64,000 nt of DNA, from positions 24,649 to 88,648 of the forward strand of contig JAFGEQ010000006.1 in the NCBI GenBank assembly GCA_016931515.1, in the 5' to 3' direction. This document shows positions 9,707-18,354 of this stretch, piece by piece. Under the pieces are notes generated by a model that saw only the letters and a program-made list of their open reading frames with translations, made no database searches and was not told the origin of the DNA. How positions within the stretch are numbered: the stretch's first letter is position 1; every line of letters starts with the position of its first letter. The stretch comes from a candidate division CSSED10-310 bacterium. Lineage in GTDB: Bacteria; CSSED10-310. A program made the position numbers and the translations under genes.

Positions 9707-10495
9707 ATGTGGACACAAGGCACGATCAGACGAGATCAAGGATTGGAGGGCGCCTTGAATTTAAAATACTCCCATGGTTTTTCTCTGGTTGAGTTACTGG
9801 CTGTCATCGGAATTTTTCTGGTCTTATCCACAATTTCGATTATTGCGTGGGACTCGTTTGGACCCCTGATGATACTGCAAGGTGCGGCTGAAGGACTCGG
9901 GGATACTCTTGAACTGTGTATGCACAAAGCTCTGGCTCAAAAAAATGAGTTTTTTGTAATGATCAACTATAGAGAGCGCTTGTATCGAACAAATGACAAT
10001 ATCACTCTCCAGTTCCCCGCCAATTCATATGTGGCAGTCAATGATGATGGCTGGTTGCCGACCAACACGAATAAGACGCGCAGATACAATCATCACTCAC
10101 GGTTTGATGGCGATAAACCGGAGTATCGGGAGGAGTATGTTCCTGATGCTGGTGATTACGCTAACAAATGGCGAGATAATAACATGATTGAGTCTCGAGA
10201 AATCTTTAAGGGACCGTTACGGATAGGACGTGGAATATTTTTTCAGCCGCCGACGGATGTCCGTGATGCCCCTGTTAGAATCGTTTTAAGCTATCGAAAA
10301 CCATTTATGTACTGGCATGGTCAGAATGTTCCCGTCAACCGTCCTGTTTACGAAGCGGAACGCCGCGAGGATGCCGCCTATTTATATTTATCGGACCATC
10401 GGTACCGACCTGGAGATGACACTAAAGATAATAAAGCACATCTTCGGGTCATTCGCATCATAGAACAAAAGGTCGATGTATATCGACCTATCTAA
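9707..10495 (+). CDS. type IV prepilin-like protein (N-terminal cleavage/methylation motif)
   Basis: Leader then G|FSLVELLAVIGIFLVL with Glu at +5 and hydrophobic helix = class III (prepilin peptidase) signal. Confidence 0.7.
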   Translation: MWTQGTIRRDQGLEGALNLKYSHGFSLVELLAVIGIFLVLSTISIIAWDSFGPLMILQGAAEGLGDTLELCMHKALAQKNEFFVMINYRERLYRTNDNITLQFPANSYVAVNDDGWLPTNTNKTRRYNHHSRFDGDKPEYREEYVPDAGDYANKWRDNNMIESREIFKGPLRIGRGIFFQPPTDVRDAPVRIVLSYRKPFMYWHGQNVPVNRPVYEAERREDAAYLYLSDHRYRPGDDTKDNKAHLRVIRIIEQKVDVYRPI

Positions 10496-10523
10496 AAATC
10501 AGAGTGCTGAAAGGGGATCGGTC

Positions 10524-13328
10524 ATGAGTCTTTGTATAAACAAAGGAAATCGTCACGCCGGCTTTTCGCTTGTCGAAATGCTGATATCTATGGTGGTTTT
10601 CAGTGTTGTCATGGGAATTATCTATTCCTTCCTCCTCCAGACAAAAAAGGACCTTTCCGAAGCGGAAGTCGAACTCGATTTAACGGATAATGCGCAATCC
10701 GCTATCAATGCGTTGCGCAAAGATCTATACCAGATAGGGATTGGCCGCGATACTGAGAAAACACAACCCCAGATATTACGCGCAGGTATGTTCGATCTGA
10801 TTTTCGTCGCTGATCTGGATCGTGAAGTCCGCTCCACCGATAAACGATACGGGAGTCCGGATCCCAATCTTCCGATGTCCTTCTCGCCTGGATCTCCGTT
10901 CTTACCAATCTATTTTTTATTCGATCCCGGTATACCAGAACTTTTTCGCTTTACAGGATGGGATCCGAGTTTGAGTTACGGTTATAACAACCTGGGTGCA
11001 GAAGTCGTCCGTTACTCGTTAGATTGCAACGGTGATAATGTAATCAGCAGTTTGGATCTGGAAGATAATATCGAGATGGACGGAGCCAGGGAACAGACGA
11101 TCAACCCGAATGATTTCTGGCTTTTCAAGGAATGGTGGGGATGCTATAACTCCTCCGGAGTCTATATCAACCAGCACTCCGGACGACATCCGGTCGCCTT
11201 CAATATAAAAGGTATGTTTTATAAACCCACTGGAGGAACACCATCGGGGACAAACAGTCGTTTCATTTACCCCGACGGGAGTTATCCGAAAATACTGTTT
11301 ACTTATTGGGGCCATTTTTGGAATTCCATTACTGATCATGATGATCCGGGAGATCCTGATTGGCCTGGTGAACCACTGGATTTATGGGGTGATTTCGGGT
11401 TGCAAAATCCGATCCAGATCAATCAACCGATAACCCCCGGCGTTGACGGCTCCAGAGACGGCGTTTTAGATATGAACGAAATCAACGAGATGATGAGCAA
11501 TCCCAATAAATCGGAAATCAATCTCCTATACCTTGCCGGTATAACTGGCCGATGTGCTGAAAGTCTTACGGGGGATGAGAATGGGAACGGTATCCCGGGT
11601 GAGTATAGGATTGACCAGTTTATTCGGCGTATCGGTGTCACTCTGGTTGTTGAGGCAGATTCTCCAAACCCCAAATCACCTAATCTTGAGCGGTCCAATA
11701 TGACTAATCCCAGTGCTCCTGGATATTACTATTACAAAGACTACGAGGTATCGATACAGATTAACCCGAGAAATCTGATCTATTCCGGATCTCCACTTGT
11801 TGATATGGGTCAGATGACACCTACGCCGATTCCGCCGACATCAACACCGCTACCCCCTACCAACACTCCTGATCCTTCAATCCCAACCAACACACCAACC
11901 AACACACACACACCGGACCCGATGGCAACACCAACAGCGACTCCTGATCAACTTGGTTTCGATAAGGATGATGGTGAAGTTGTGATCGGCGGTCTTAATT
12001 ATATTTATGGTTTATCCATCGATCGGATGGCTCCATCTGTTTCTGAAATTTGCGCATTGACCAATAGTTCGACCTATCTTGCCTTGTTCGGATATCCAGT
12101 GACCCAGGTTGAACCTGCTAATTTCTGTGATTTGCCGGGATCTTTTGATCCTTGGAATGACGTTGTCATGTCGAATAATGCGAACGGAGGTCTGTCGAAT
12201 CTGTTTTATTACAAGCATAATACTGAATCCAGCGTCAACGGATTCTCAACCCTTCATTCTACATCAGTCGGCTACGATCCATCTGACCGGATCACCTGTT
12301 TCGCAACCGGCAATATTGGACCATTTGGTTATGTTCCGGATGAATATGACGAAGTTGTCGTGGCCTATCATCGATACAATGGAGCTCCTACCGAAAAAAC
12401 CCTGATCGAAGTCATGGCACTAAACTATAACTGTGGTGATTTGATTTCAGTCAGCAATCCACCTCCCCTGTCACTCGACACCAATCGAATCATTAAAGAT
12501 ATGCTGATTGCGGATTTTGACGGTGATGGTATCGGGGAGCTTGTCACAATGACCAGTCATTTCGGCACTGAGGGTGTCTCCCAAATTCGCTATTATCCGG
12601 ATATCTTTAACCAGGGTTGGTCAACATACCATGAGTTCCCGATTTTGAATTTTGGCACGAATGTCCAATGCGCCAAGCTTGTTGCAGATACTGTCTACAC
12701 CGGAAATGCTAAACCTATAGAACCTGACCTTATCATCGTAGGAGAAAATGGACGATTTGCAGTGATTACGAATCGCCGTAGCGGTACCGTATCACCCAAT
12801 CCATTTAACACGACCATCCGATACAGTACATCAGATGCATTTGATCGTTTCTCAACAGTAACCGGTGCAGTCGTATATGACTCAAATAATTTAAGCAGTG
12901 TATATGAGCCGGTCATGGCCATCAGTGGAAATAGTGATGTATCCGATAACGTACAACTTGTACATTACCAGATGACTGATATCGCAACATCTACGATCCC
13001 GTTGGCGAATTGTTCCGGATCAATCTGGCCGACACCCGGTGAGATAATCTCAACCAAAGGAATGAGCTATGTTCCGGTATTCGGGACGGTCAATTCTGAC
13101 ACTTATCTGGTCATCCCGGTCAATGTGGGTGGTATTGATTATGCAACCTTTATAAAGAACCCTGTATTAAGCAGCGGTCCTGTATTCGATCCATCTGTCT
13201 CCTGTCAGTTGGAGCTCTACTCTGTCATTGGAGGAATCAACTGCATTACATCAACGCGGAATGAGTTATCTGGAGATCTTGGAACGATGCCGACACCCAC
13301 AGTTTTACCAGCGACACCAACGCCTTAA
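10524..13328 (+). CDS. giant type IV pilin-like protein (~935 aa) with FG-GAP-like and Ca-binding-like motifs and Pro/Thr linkers
   Basis: ATG 10524 preceded by AAAGGGGA RBS; N-terminus NKGNRHAG|FSLVEMLISMVVFSVVMGIIYSF prepilin motif; DFDGDGIGE FG-GAP-like loop; PT-rich linker near 11818-11948; C-terminal PTPTVLPATPTP. Confidence 0.65.
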   Translation: MSLCINKGNRHAGFSLVEMLISMVVFSVVMGIIYSFLLQTKKDLSEAEVELDLTDNAQSAINALRKDLYQIGIGRDTEKTQPQILRAGMFDLIFVADLDREVRSTDKRYGSPDPNLPMSFSPGSPFLPIYFLFDPGIPELFRFTGWDPSLSYGYNNLGAEVVRYSLDCNGDNVISSLDLEDNIEMDGAREQTINPNDFWLFKEWWGCYNSSGVYINQHSGRHPVAFNIKGMFYKPTGGTPSGTNSRFIYPDGSYPKILFTYWGHFWNSITDHDDPGDPDWPGEPLDLWGDFGLQNPIQINQPITPGVDGSRDGVLDMNEINEMMSNPNKSEINLLYLAGITGRCAESLTGDENGNGIPGEYRIDQFIRRIGVTLVVEADSPNPKSPNLERSNMTNPSAPGYYYYKDYEVSIQINPRNLIYSGSPLVDMGQMTPTPIPPTSTPLPPTNTPDPSIPTNTPTNTHTPDPMATPTATPDQLGFDKDDGEVVIGGLNYIYGLSIDRMAPSVSEICALTNSSTYLALFGYPVTQVEPANFCDLPGSFDPWNDVVMSNNANGGLSNLFYYKHNTESSVNGFSTLHSTSVGYDPSDRITCFATGNIGPFGYVPDEYDEVVVAYHRYNGAPTEKTLIEVMALNYNCGDLISVSNPPPLSLDTNRIIKDMLIADFDGDGIGELVTMTSHFGTEGVSQIRYYPDIFNQGWSTYHEFPILNFGTNVQCAKLVADTVYTGNAKPIEPDLIIVGENGRFAVITNRRSGTVSPNPFNTTIRYSTSDAFDRFSTVTGAVVYDSNNLSSVYEPVMAISGNSDVSDNVQLVHYQMTDIATSTIPLANCSGSIWPTPGEIISTKGMSYVPVFGTVNSDTYLVIPVNVGGIDYATFIKNPVLSSGPVFDPSVSCQLELYSVIGGINCITSTRNELSGDLGTMPTPTVLPATPTP

Positions 13329-13354
13329 ACAGCCACGCGGCAGATAAAAACAAT

Positions 13355-13384
13355 AAAGCCACATTCTTTAAAGAACGTGGCTTT
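13355..13384. terminator. bidirectional intrinsic terminator (near-perfect 15+15 palindrome)
   Basis: aaagccacattcttt|aaagaacgtggcttt flanked by A-run upstream and T-run downstream, between convergent ends of the pilin gene (+) and the minus-strand operon. Confidence 0.5.
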
Positions 13385-13397
13385 ATTGTTGAATCGC

Positions 13398-13898
13398 TTA
13401 CCCGAGTTTGTAACCGATCTTTCTCAAAAAGAGCATTCTCTCTTGAGCATCTGTTTCGGTTTCAATCCCGAGCGGTTGAAACCCATCCAAAACACCCAGA
13501 ATACCCCTCTGCTCATGATCGTTCGATGCAACCACAACCGTAGTCGGATTAGCTGTGGCACAGAAGATCCGGCACACTTCAGGTATCATTTTTATCGTAT
13601 TTAGTATGTTCACCGGGAAACCCGAATCGATAAAAATCAGGAAAGAATGCCCGGCTCCGATTATTGCAGAATTGGAAACGGCGATGTCCTTTAAAGTTTC
13701 ATCATTCCCAGATACTCTAATCAATCTGGGTCCGCTGGCTTCACAGAATGCAGCTCCAAACTTCATCCCCGGATTTGTCTGAATAATCGCTTCATGAAGG
13801 TCTTCTATCGTTTTTATGAAATGGGCCATACCCAGGATGAAGTTCAGTCCTTTCGGATTGTTTATTTCTATGTATTCCAACTTCATATTAGCCTCCAT
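13398..13898 (-). CDS. small conserved protein, adenosine-specific-kinase-like family (tentative)
   Basis: 166 aa; motifs GMAHFIKTIEDLHEAI, FCEASGPRLIR, CATANP resemble the PF04008-type family as I remember it; not verified. Confidence 0.35.
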   Translation of the reverse strand: MEANMKLEYIEINNPKGLNFILGMAHFIKTIEDLHEAIIQTNPGMKFGAAFCEASGPRLIRVSGNDETLKDIAVSNSAIIGAGHSFLIFIDSGFPVNILNTIKMIPEVCRIFCATANPTTVVVASNDHEQRGILGVLDGFQPLGIETETDAQERMLFLRKIGYKLG

Positions 13899-13916
13899 CG
13901 ATTATTCTTCCTGATA

Positions 13917-16900
13917 CTATGGATGTGGATCAAAATATAGCACCGCACCTTTATTTCCGTCGCCAGTATCAACGCGTTCACCACCGGTGTGGCTCAAGAA
14001 AACGACTTCTTCATCCCCCATTTCGCCTATATCGATCCCACCCAGTGCATCGACGCCCAAGCCCGTATCATATGTGTTCTTTAATTCTCCATCTCTCGTA
14101 ATTTCCAATACAAAACCATTACCGCGACAGGCGACATACAAATGGTCATACTTCACCGAGTAAGCAATACCGATGGGGTTGTTCAAATACGCATAAGTAA
14201 AACAAACCACCGATTGAAGGCCACTGCCGTCGACAACCGACAACGTTTCAGATGTGCCGACCGGTCCAGATGGTTTCATCCTGACACGGGTTATATTTCC
14301 AGCTTCCGGATCGGTAATGAACAGGTAACCTGAGCCAGGATCAGCGTCTTCAGATAGTGGAACAAACTCGATTCCCATTGGCGTATCAACACCAGTGAAT
14401 GCCACATAGGGACCATCGTCGAGATCGATTCCATAAACCAATCCTCGATCAGAATGCGATGCGAAAATCAAGCGACTCATATAGGAGGGATCATCGGGCG
14501 CCAGACCCGCATCAACAATGCCGCTGATTCCAACCAGCCCGACCCCTGCTCCCCAGTACCCCGCATAGGTTCCGAATCCACGGGCTCCTCCGTTATCGGC
14601 ACCCAGCGTGCTGCTCTGCTGAGCAAAATCTTCCGCATGATTGTCCGTGTCGATACCATTCGGTACCCGTGCGACAGATTCGTTCGCGATGCTGTCTGCA
14701 TCACCGTTCTCCCCCGGCTCCGGCGCTCCGTTTCCATCACCGTCTCCTGCAGGATCGTCCCCGATTTCAACATCGTCAATGATAGAACTTGCTGTGTCGC
14801 GCAGAATGAAATAGCAGTCGTTATTATTAGAGCCAACTGGATTCCCAACCACCAGATAGGAACCGGGAAGGAAGTTCGTCACGCTGGCAGAGGTTGGATA
14901 AACGATTTCCGTACCACTGCCGCTGCCTATCACGTGCGTTTCAGGTGTTGTGTCGATCATTTCCAATGTCCATCCAGTCAGATCCAGCGTTTGACCCGAT
15001 GTGTTGTACAGCTCAATCCACTCATCAGATGTCGTGATAGCTCCCGAACCCGGTGTATCACTGAATGGTATTCCATCGCCACCCTCAGAATCATTCCAAT
15101 CCTGCTGGGGATCGACAACCACTTCATTGATTACTATCTTCCCGAGTCCTGTAGTGAAATTTATCTCAAAATCAGGACCGGTACTGCCGTCACAGTCTCC
15201 ATCAAGCCCATGGCCACTGGTGTCCGTGATAGCGGACGTTAATGTGACCGTATAGGTTTCCTCAGAAGCTAGCCGATCTCCGGGTTGAAATAGCACAACC
15301 GTGTTTCCGGAAGTAAACATGAAGTTACCGGTAACAGCGCCATCGGGGCCCACCATCAAAAACGACGTTGTGTTAACGGTACTGGGGAGAATCGCCTCTG
15401 TAAAATGGATCGTTACTCCCGTATTGACCGATACGTTCTGATCACCATCGGTTGGATCGCTTTCAAAAACGCATGGAGGAGTTCTATCGTCACCTCCAGT
15501 TCGGAATTCGGCAATAAATGGATCCAGCGGAAGCCCCTGTGTCTGATCCAGCGAATTGCCCGCAAGGTCCGTTACATCTGTCGTTACAGTCAATCGGTAA
15601 TCGGTATCTTCATCCAAATCAGTCTCAGGACTTAAAGAAATACTTGTATTCCCGGGATTCAGAGTAATTACTGAAAGAACATGGTCATCGGGGAATGCGA
15701 CCGGAACCAGATAGACTGAAGCGCTTGTTACTGTAGATGAATTAACCTGTTTAGAAAAATTCATGTAAATCTGAGTGTTAATACTAATTCCCGTGTCCCC
15801 CGATTCCGGATAGGATGATGTCACGTAGAGCCGGTCTCCTCCAGCAGCAACTTGTGTGCAATAACGCCCTCCCGGAAGGCCATCCCCGTCTCCGTCCAAA
15901 GTAACGCCTTGCAAATCCGTCAGTGTATCTTCAACACACACAGTATAATAACCTTCCGAAAACCCGGTTGACGCACTGAAGTTCATCTGAACACCGGAGG
16001 GCCAGGTAATGGTTCCGGATACTTGCCGATTCTGGCTGTCGACGACACTGAGGTATACGCCTGTCAGACTGGAAGGATCGATCTCCTTCGTGAAGATGAT
16101 CGTAAGCAGATCACCGGAAATACTTGCTGACGCTACTTGTGGAGGCTGCGTACTTGAGGCTCCGGTACTGAAATGACTCACGAAAGCATCCGGTAAACCA
16201 CCGGGAATCTGATCCAAAGGATTTCCCGTCAGATCCTGAACTCTGTAATTGACTTCAACCGTATAGGTAATATCAGCCTGCAGTTGTTCCCTCGGAACAA
16301 ACGTTGCCATCATCAAACCCGTATCCACATGGATGTCACCACTGATTTTATTCCCATCCGGTTCCATCACCAGGAAAGCGGTCGTGGATACAGTGGATGC
16401 TTTTACGGGCTCGGAAAAGCCGATCTCTATCAGAGTGTCTACCGATACGAAGGTTGATCCATCGGCCGGGCGCACCCAGACGACACGGGGACTGCCATAT
16501 CCAACAGTAAAAATGCTATTGAAATCATCCGGTCCCGGACTGCGCAGATCGCCATCGAGTGAAACGCCATCCTGATCCGTTATATCTTTATCCAATACTA
16601 TTTCGTAACGGGTCTTCTCAGTCAAATCACTCGAATAAACAAATTCAACTCTTTTATAATCGTTCGAAAATGAAAATGAGCCAGTAGGTGCTTTGGGATA
16701 GGGTGATTGGGGGCTATAGTCAACCTGCACTTCGAACGTTGAGGATGTGACCGTCGATGGATCGACCGGTGACGAAAATTCGACAGCAATCACCGGATGG
16801 TGCGACACACCTTCCGCACCGTCTTCCGGGGTCACGGATGTAACAATAAACCCGTAGTCAGTCATTCCAAAGATACCGGATCCAGCCGGCCCGGGAACGG

Positions 16901-17399
16901 GTTCACCCGCCTTGCCGGAGTGGCCGTTGGGTTCTTTCGTCGGATTCGGATCCGTCACTGCAATGCTTCCAAGACCCTGGTCGTCATTGGCAATCCAGAC
17001 AAACGGTCCGAGAAATGCAACATCATAAGGATTTGAAACAGCCGGTAATCCAAATTGATCCGTTAATCCGCCATGACTATAAATATCTATGTTTCCCGAA
17101 TGAGGATTTACCTGAGTAATTGTGTTCGCAAATTCACCGATTGTTCCTCGATTGGCAACCAGGAGATTGCCGACGCTGAGAACGCTGCCCTGACCGCTCC
17201 CATCGGAATCTTTCCCTGCTATAAATTCGATCCCCCATGGGAAATTCAAATTGGACGCGACAATCTCAGGTGCGACAAGAATAGTGTTTTTATCCTGATC
17301 AAAGGAATTCTCAATTTTATCTTCGCAACCAACCAAGATCATTCCCAGAGCGAGAACAAGGCATACATTTACGGTCATCCATTTCATAATCAACCTCAT
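13917..17399 (-). CDS. giant surface lipoprotein with repeated Ig-like (SbsA/Big_5-type) domains, a lamin-tail domain and beta-propeller-like termini
   Basis: Lipobox LVGC after signal peptide; repeated P..G...V.....I...FS..V....V....F.L units; LTD-like block GKIVINEVVVD...DEWIELYN...GWTLEM (approx 14700-15150); NHL/propeller-like C-terminus. Confidence 0.65.
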   Translation of the reverse strand: MRLIMKWMTVNVCLVLALGMILVGCEDKIENSFDQDKNTILVAPEIVASNLNFPWGIEFIAGKDSDGSGQGSVLSVGNLLVANRGTIGEFANTITQVNPHSGNIDIYSHGGLTDQFGLPAVSNPYDVAFLGPFVWIANDDQGLGSIAVTDPNPTKEPNGHSGKAGEPVPGPAGSGIFGMTDYGFIVTSVTPEDGAEGVSHHPVIAVEFSSPVDPSTVTSSTFEVQVDYSPQSPYPKAPTGSFSFSNDYKRVEFVYSSDLTEKTRYEIVLDKDITDQDGVSLDGDLRSPGPDDFNSIFTVGYGSPRVVWVRPADGSTFVSVDTLIEIGFSEPVKASTVSTTAFLVMEPDGNKISGDIHVDTGLMMATFVPREQLQADITYTVEVNYRVQDLTGNPLDQIPGGLPDAFVSHFSTGASSTQPPQVASASISGDLLTIIFTKEIDPSSLTGVYLSVVDSQNRQVSGTITWPSGVQMNFSASTGFSEGYYTVCVEDTLTDLQGVTLDGDGDGLPGGRYCTQVAAGGDRLYVTSSYPESGDTGISINTQIYMNFSKQVNSSTVTSASVYLVPVAFPDDHVLSVITLNPGNTSISLSPETDLDEDTDYRLTVTTDVTDLAGNSLDQTQGLPLDPFIAEFRTGGDDRTPPCVFESDPTDGDQNVSVNTGVTIHFTEAILPSTVNTTSFLMVGPDGAVTGNFMFTSGNTVVLFQPGDRLASEETYTVTLTSAITDTSGHGLDGDCDGSTGPDFEINFTTGLGKIVINEVVVDPQQDWNDSEGGDGIPFSDTPGSGAITTSDEWIELYNTSGQTLDLTGWTLEMIDTTPETHVIGSGSGTEIVYPTSASVTNFLPGSYLVVGNPVGSNNNDCYFILRDTASSIIDDVEIGDDPAGDGDGNGAPEPGENGDADSIANESVARVPNGIDTDNHAEDFAQQSSTLGADNGGARGFGTYAGYWGAGVGLVGISGIVDAGLAPDDPSYMSRLIFASHSDRGLVYGIDLDDGPYVAFTGVDTPMGIEFVPLSEDADPGSGYLFITDPEAGNITRVRMKPSGPVGTSETLSVVDGSGLQSVVCFTYAYLNNPIGIAYSVKYDHLYVACRGNGFVLEITRDGELKNTYDTGLGVDALGGIDIGEMGDEEVVFLSHTGGERVDTGDGNKGAVLYFDPHP

Positions 17400-18331
17400 T
17401 CCACAGCGGCCATTGCTGCTGTTTCCCTGGAGCGGGCAAGGGCTTCAGAAAAAAAGCCTCCTGTCAGACCATCTATTGCGGCTGTCAATTCCTGAATCTG
17501 TAATTCTCTTTTTACCTTGACAGTAATTGATACTTCCGGTTGGAGGATCATCTCTACCTGCAGTGCGCGACGGTCATAATACAATTCTGTCACATCCTCG
17601 ATCACACTCTGCCTAAATTTCACTTGTTTCTCGGTTTCCGAGCTCACTCTCAAAATATCATTGCTGAAGCAGTAATCCTGGAGTTTCCATCTGAACCTCA
17701 ACTGATAATCGAAATCATCATCGGTGCCCCGCTTCCAGGTTTCCTTGTCCGGACCGACCGTCGTGGTTCCTCCTGATATGCTGATCGTATTCGTACGCGT
17801 ATAATCTCTGTCATCGTCCGTATCGTGTCCGAGAGTGAATTGAACGGAATCGGGCCAAAGTCCTTTCTCCTTCGCCTTCTGCCGCCACTGGGCAAACCGT
17901 TCGCCATCAATTTCAGCAAAGCGGATTGCAGCTATCTGTACATCGCGGATGGATGGTTCCAGATCGAAAGAAGCGAGAATTTCATCAACCGATGGCAGGG
18001 GTGTAGCAGTTGGTTGGGATTCTTCCGGCACATCTTGCTTTGATATAACATCCACAACAGGATCGGGATCGGATAGGGAGATAAGATCCTTCAATCTTTC
18101 CAGTGTCTTATCGCCTATTTTAGGTACATTACCGAGTTCATCCAAGGACTGAAATGGTCCATTGGTGTTGCGATAATCGATGATCAATTGCGCCAGTCCC
18201 GGACCTATGCCCGGTAATGTCTGCAATTCCATGTTCGTTGCGGTGTTGATATTCACCGGTGTGCTATCCAGTGCCTGACAAGCCGCTGCAACAACCAATA
18301 AATATGCAATCGAACTCAGTAGCTTTTTCAT
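17396..18331 (-). CDS. ComEA-like helix-hairpin-helix protein fused to a C-terminal domain of unknown function
   Basis: Signal peptide, then VNINTATNMELQTLPGIGPGLAQLIIDYRNTNGPFQSLDELGNVPKIGDKTLERL (ComEA HhH signature), then ~200 aa unknown; 4-bp overlap with downstream gene. Confidence 0.6.
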   Translation of the reverse strand: MKKLLSSIAYLLVVAAACQALDSTPVNINTATNMELQTLPGIGPGLAQLIIDYRNTNGPFQSLDELGNVPKIGDKTLERLKDLISLSDPDPVVDVISKQDVPEESQPTATPLPSVDEILASFDLEPSIRDVQIAAIRFAEIDGERFAQWRQKAKEKGLWPDSVQFTLGHDTDDDRDYTRTNTISISGGTTTVGPDKETWKRGTDDDFDYQLRFRWKLQDYCFSNDILRVSSETEKQVKFRQSVIEDVTELYYDRRALQVEMILQPEVSITVKVKRELQIQELTAAIDGLTGGFFSEALARSRETAAMAAVE

Positions 18332-18354
18332 TTTTCTTCTCTCCTTAACACGCT

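Noticed and set aside
9492-9716. 74-aa minus-strand ORF spanning the pyrC-pilin intergenic region
   Set aside because: Overlaps the ends of two supported genes, no RBS or motif; the region more likely holds the pilin promoter.
14454-15242. 262-aa plus-strand ORF (and several other 60-150-aa ORFs) antisense to the giant lipoprotein gene
   Set aside because: Fully embedded antisense to a long, domain-rich gene; no start context or motifs. Same reasoning for other antisense ORFs inside large genes.
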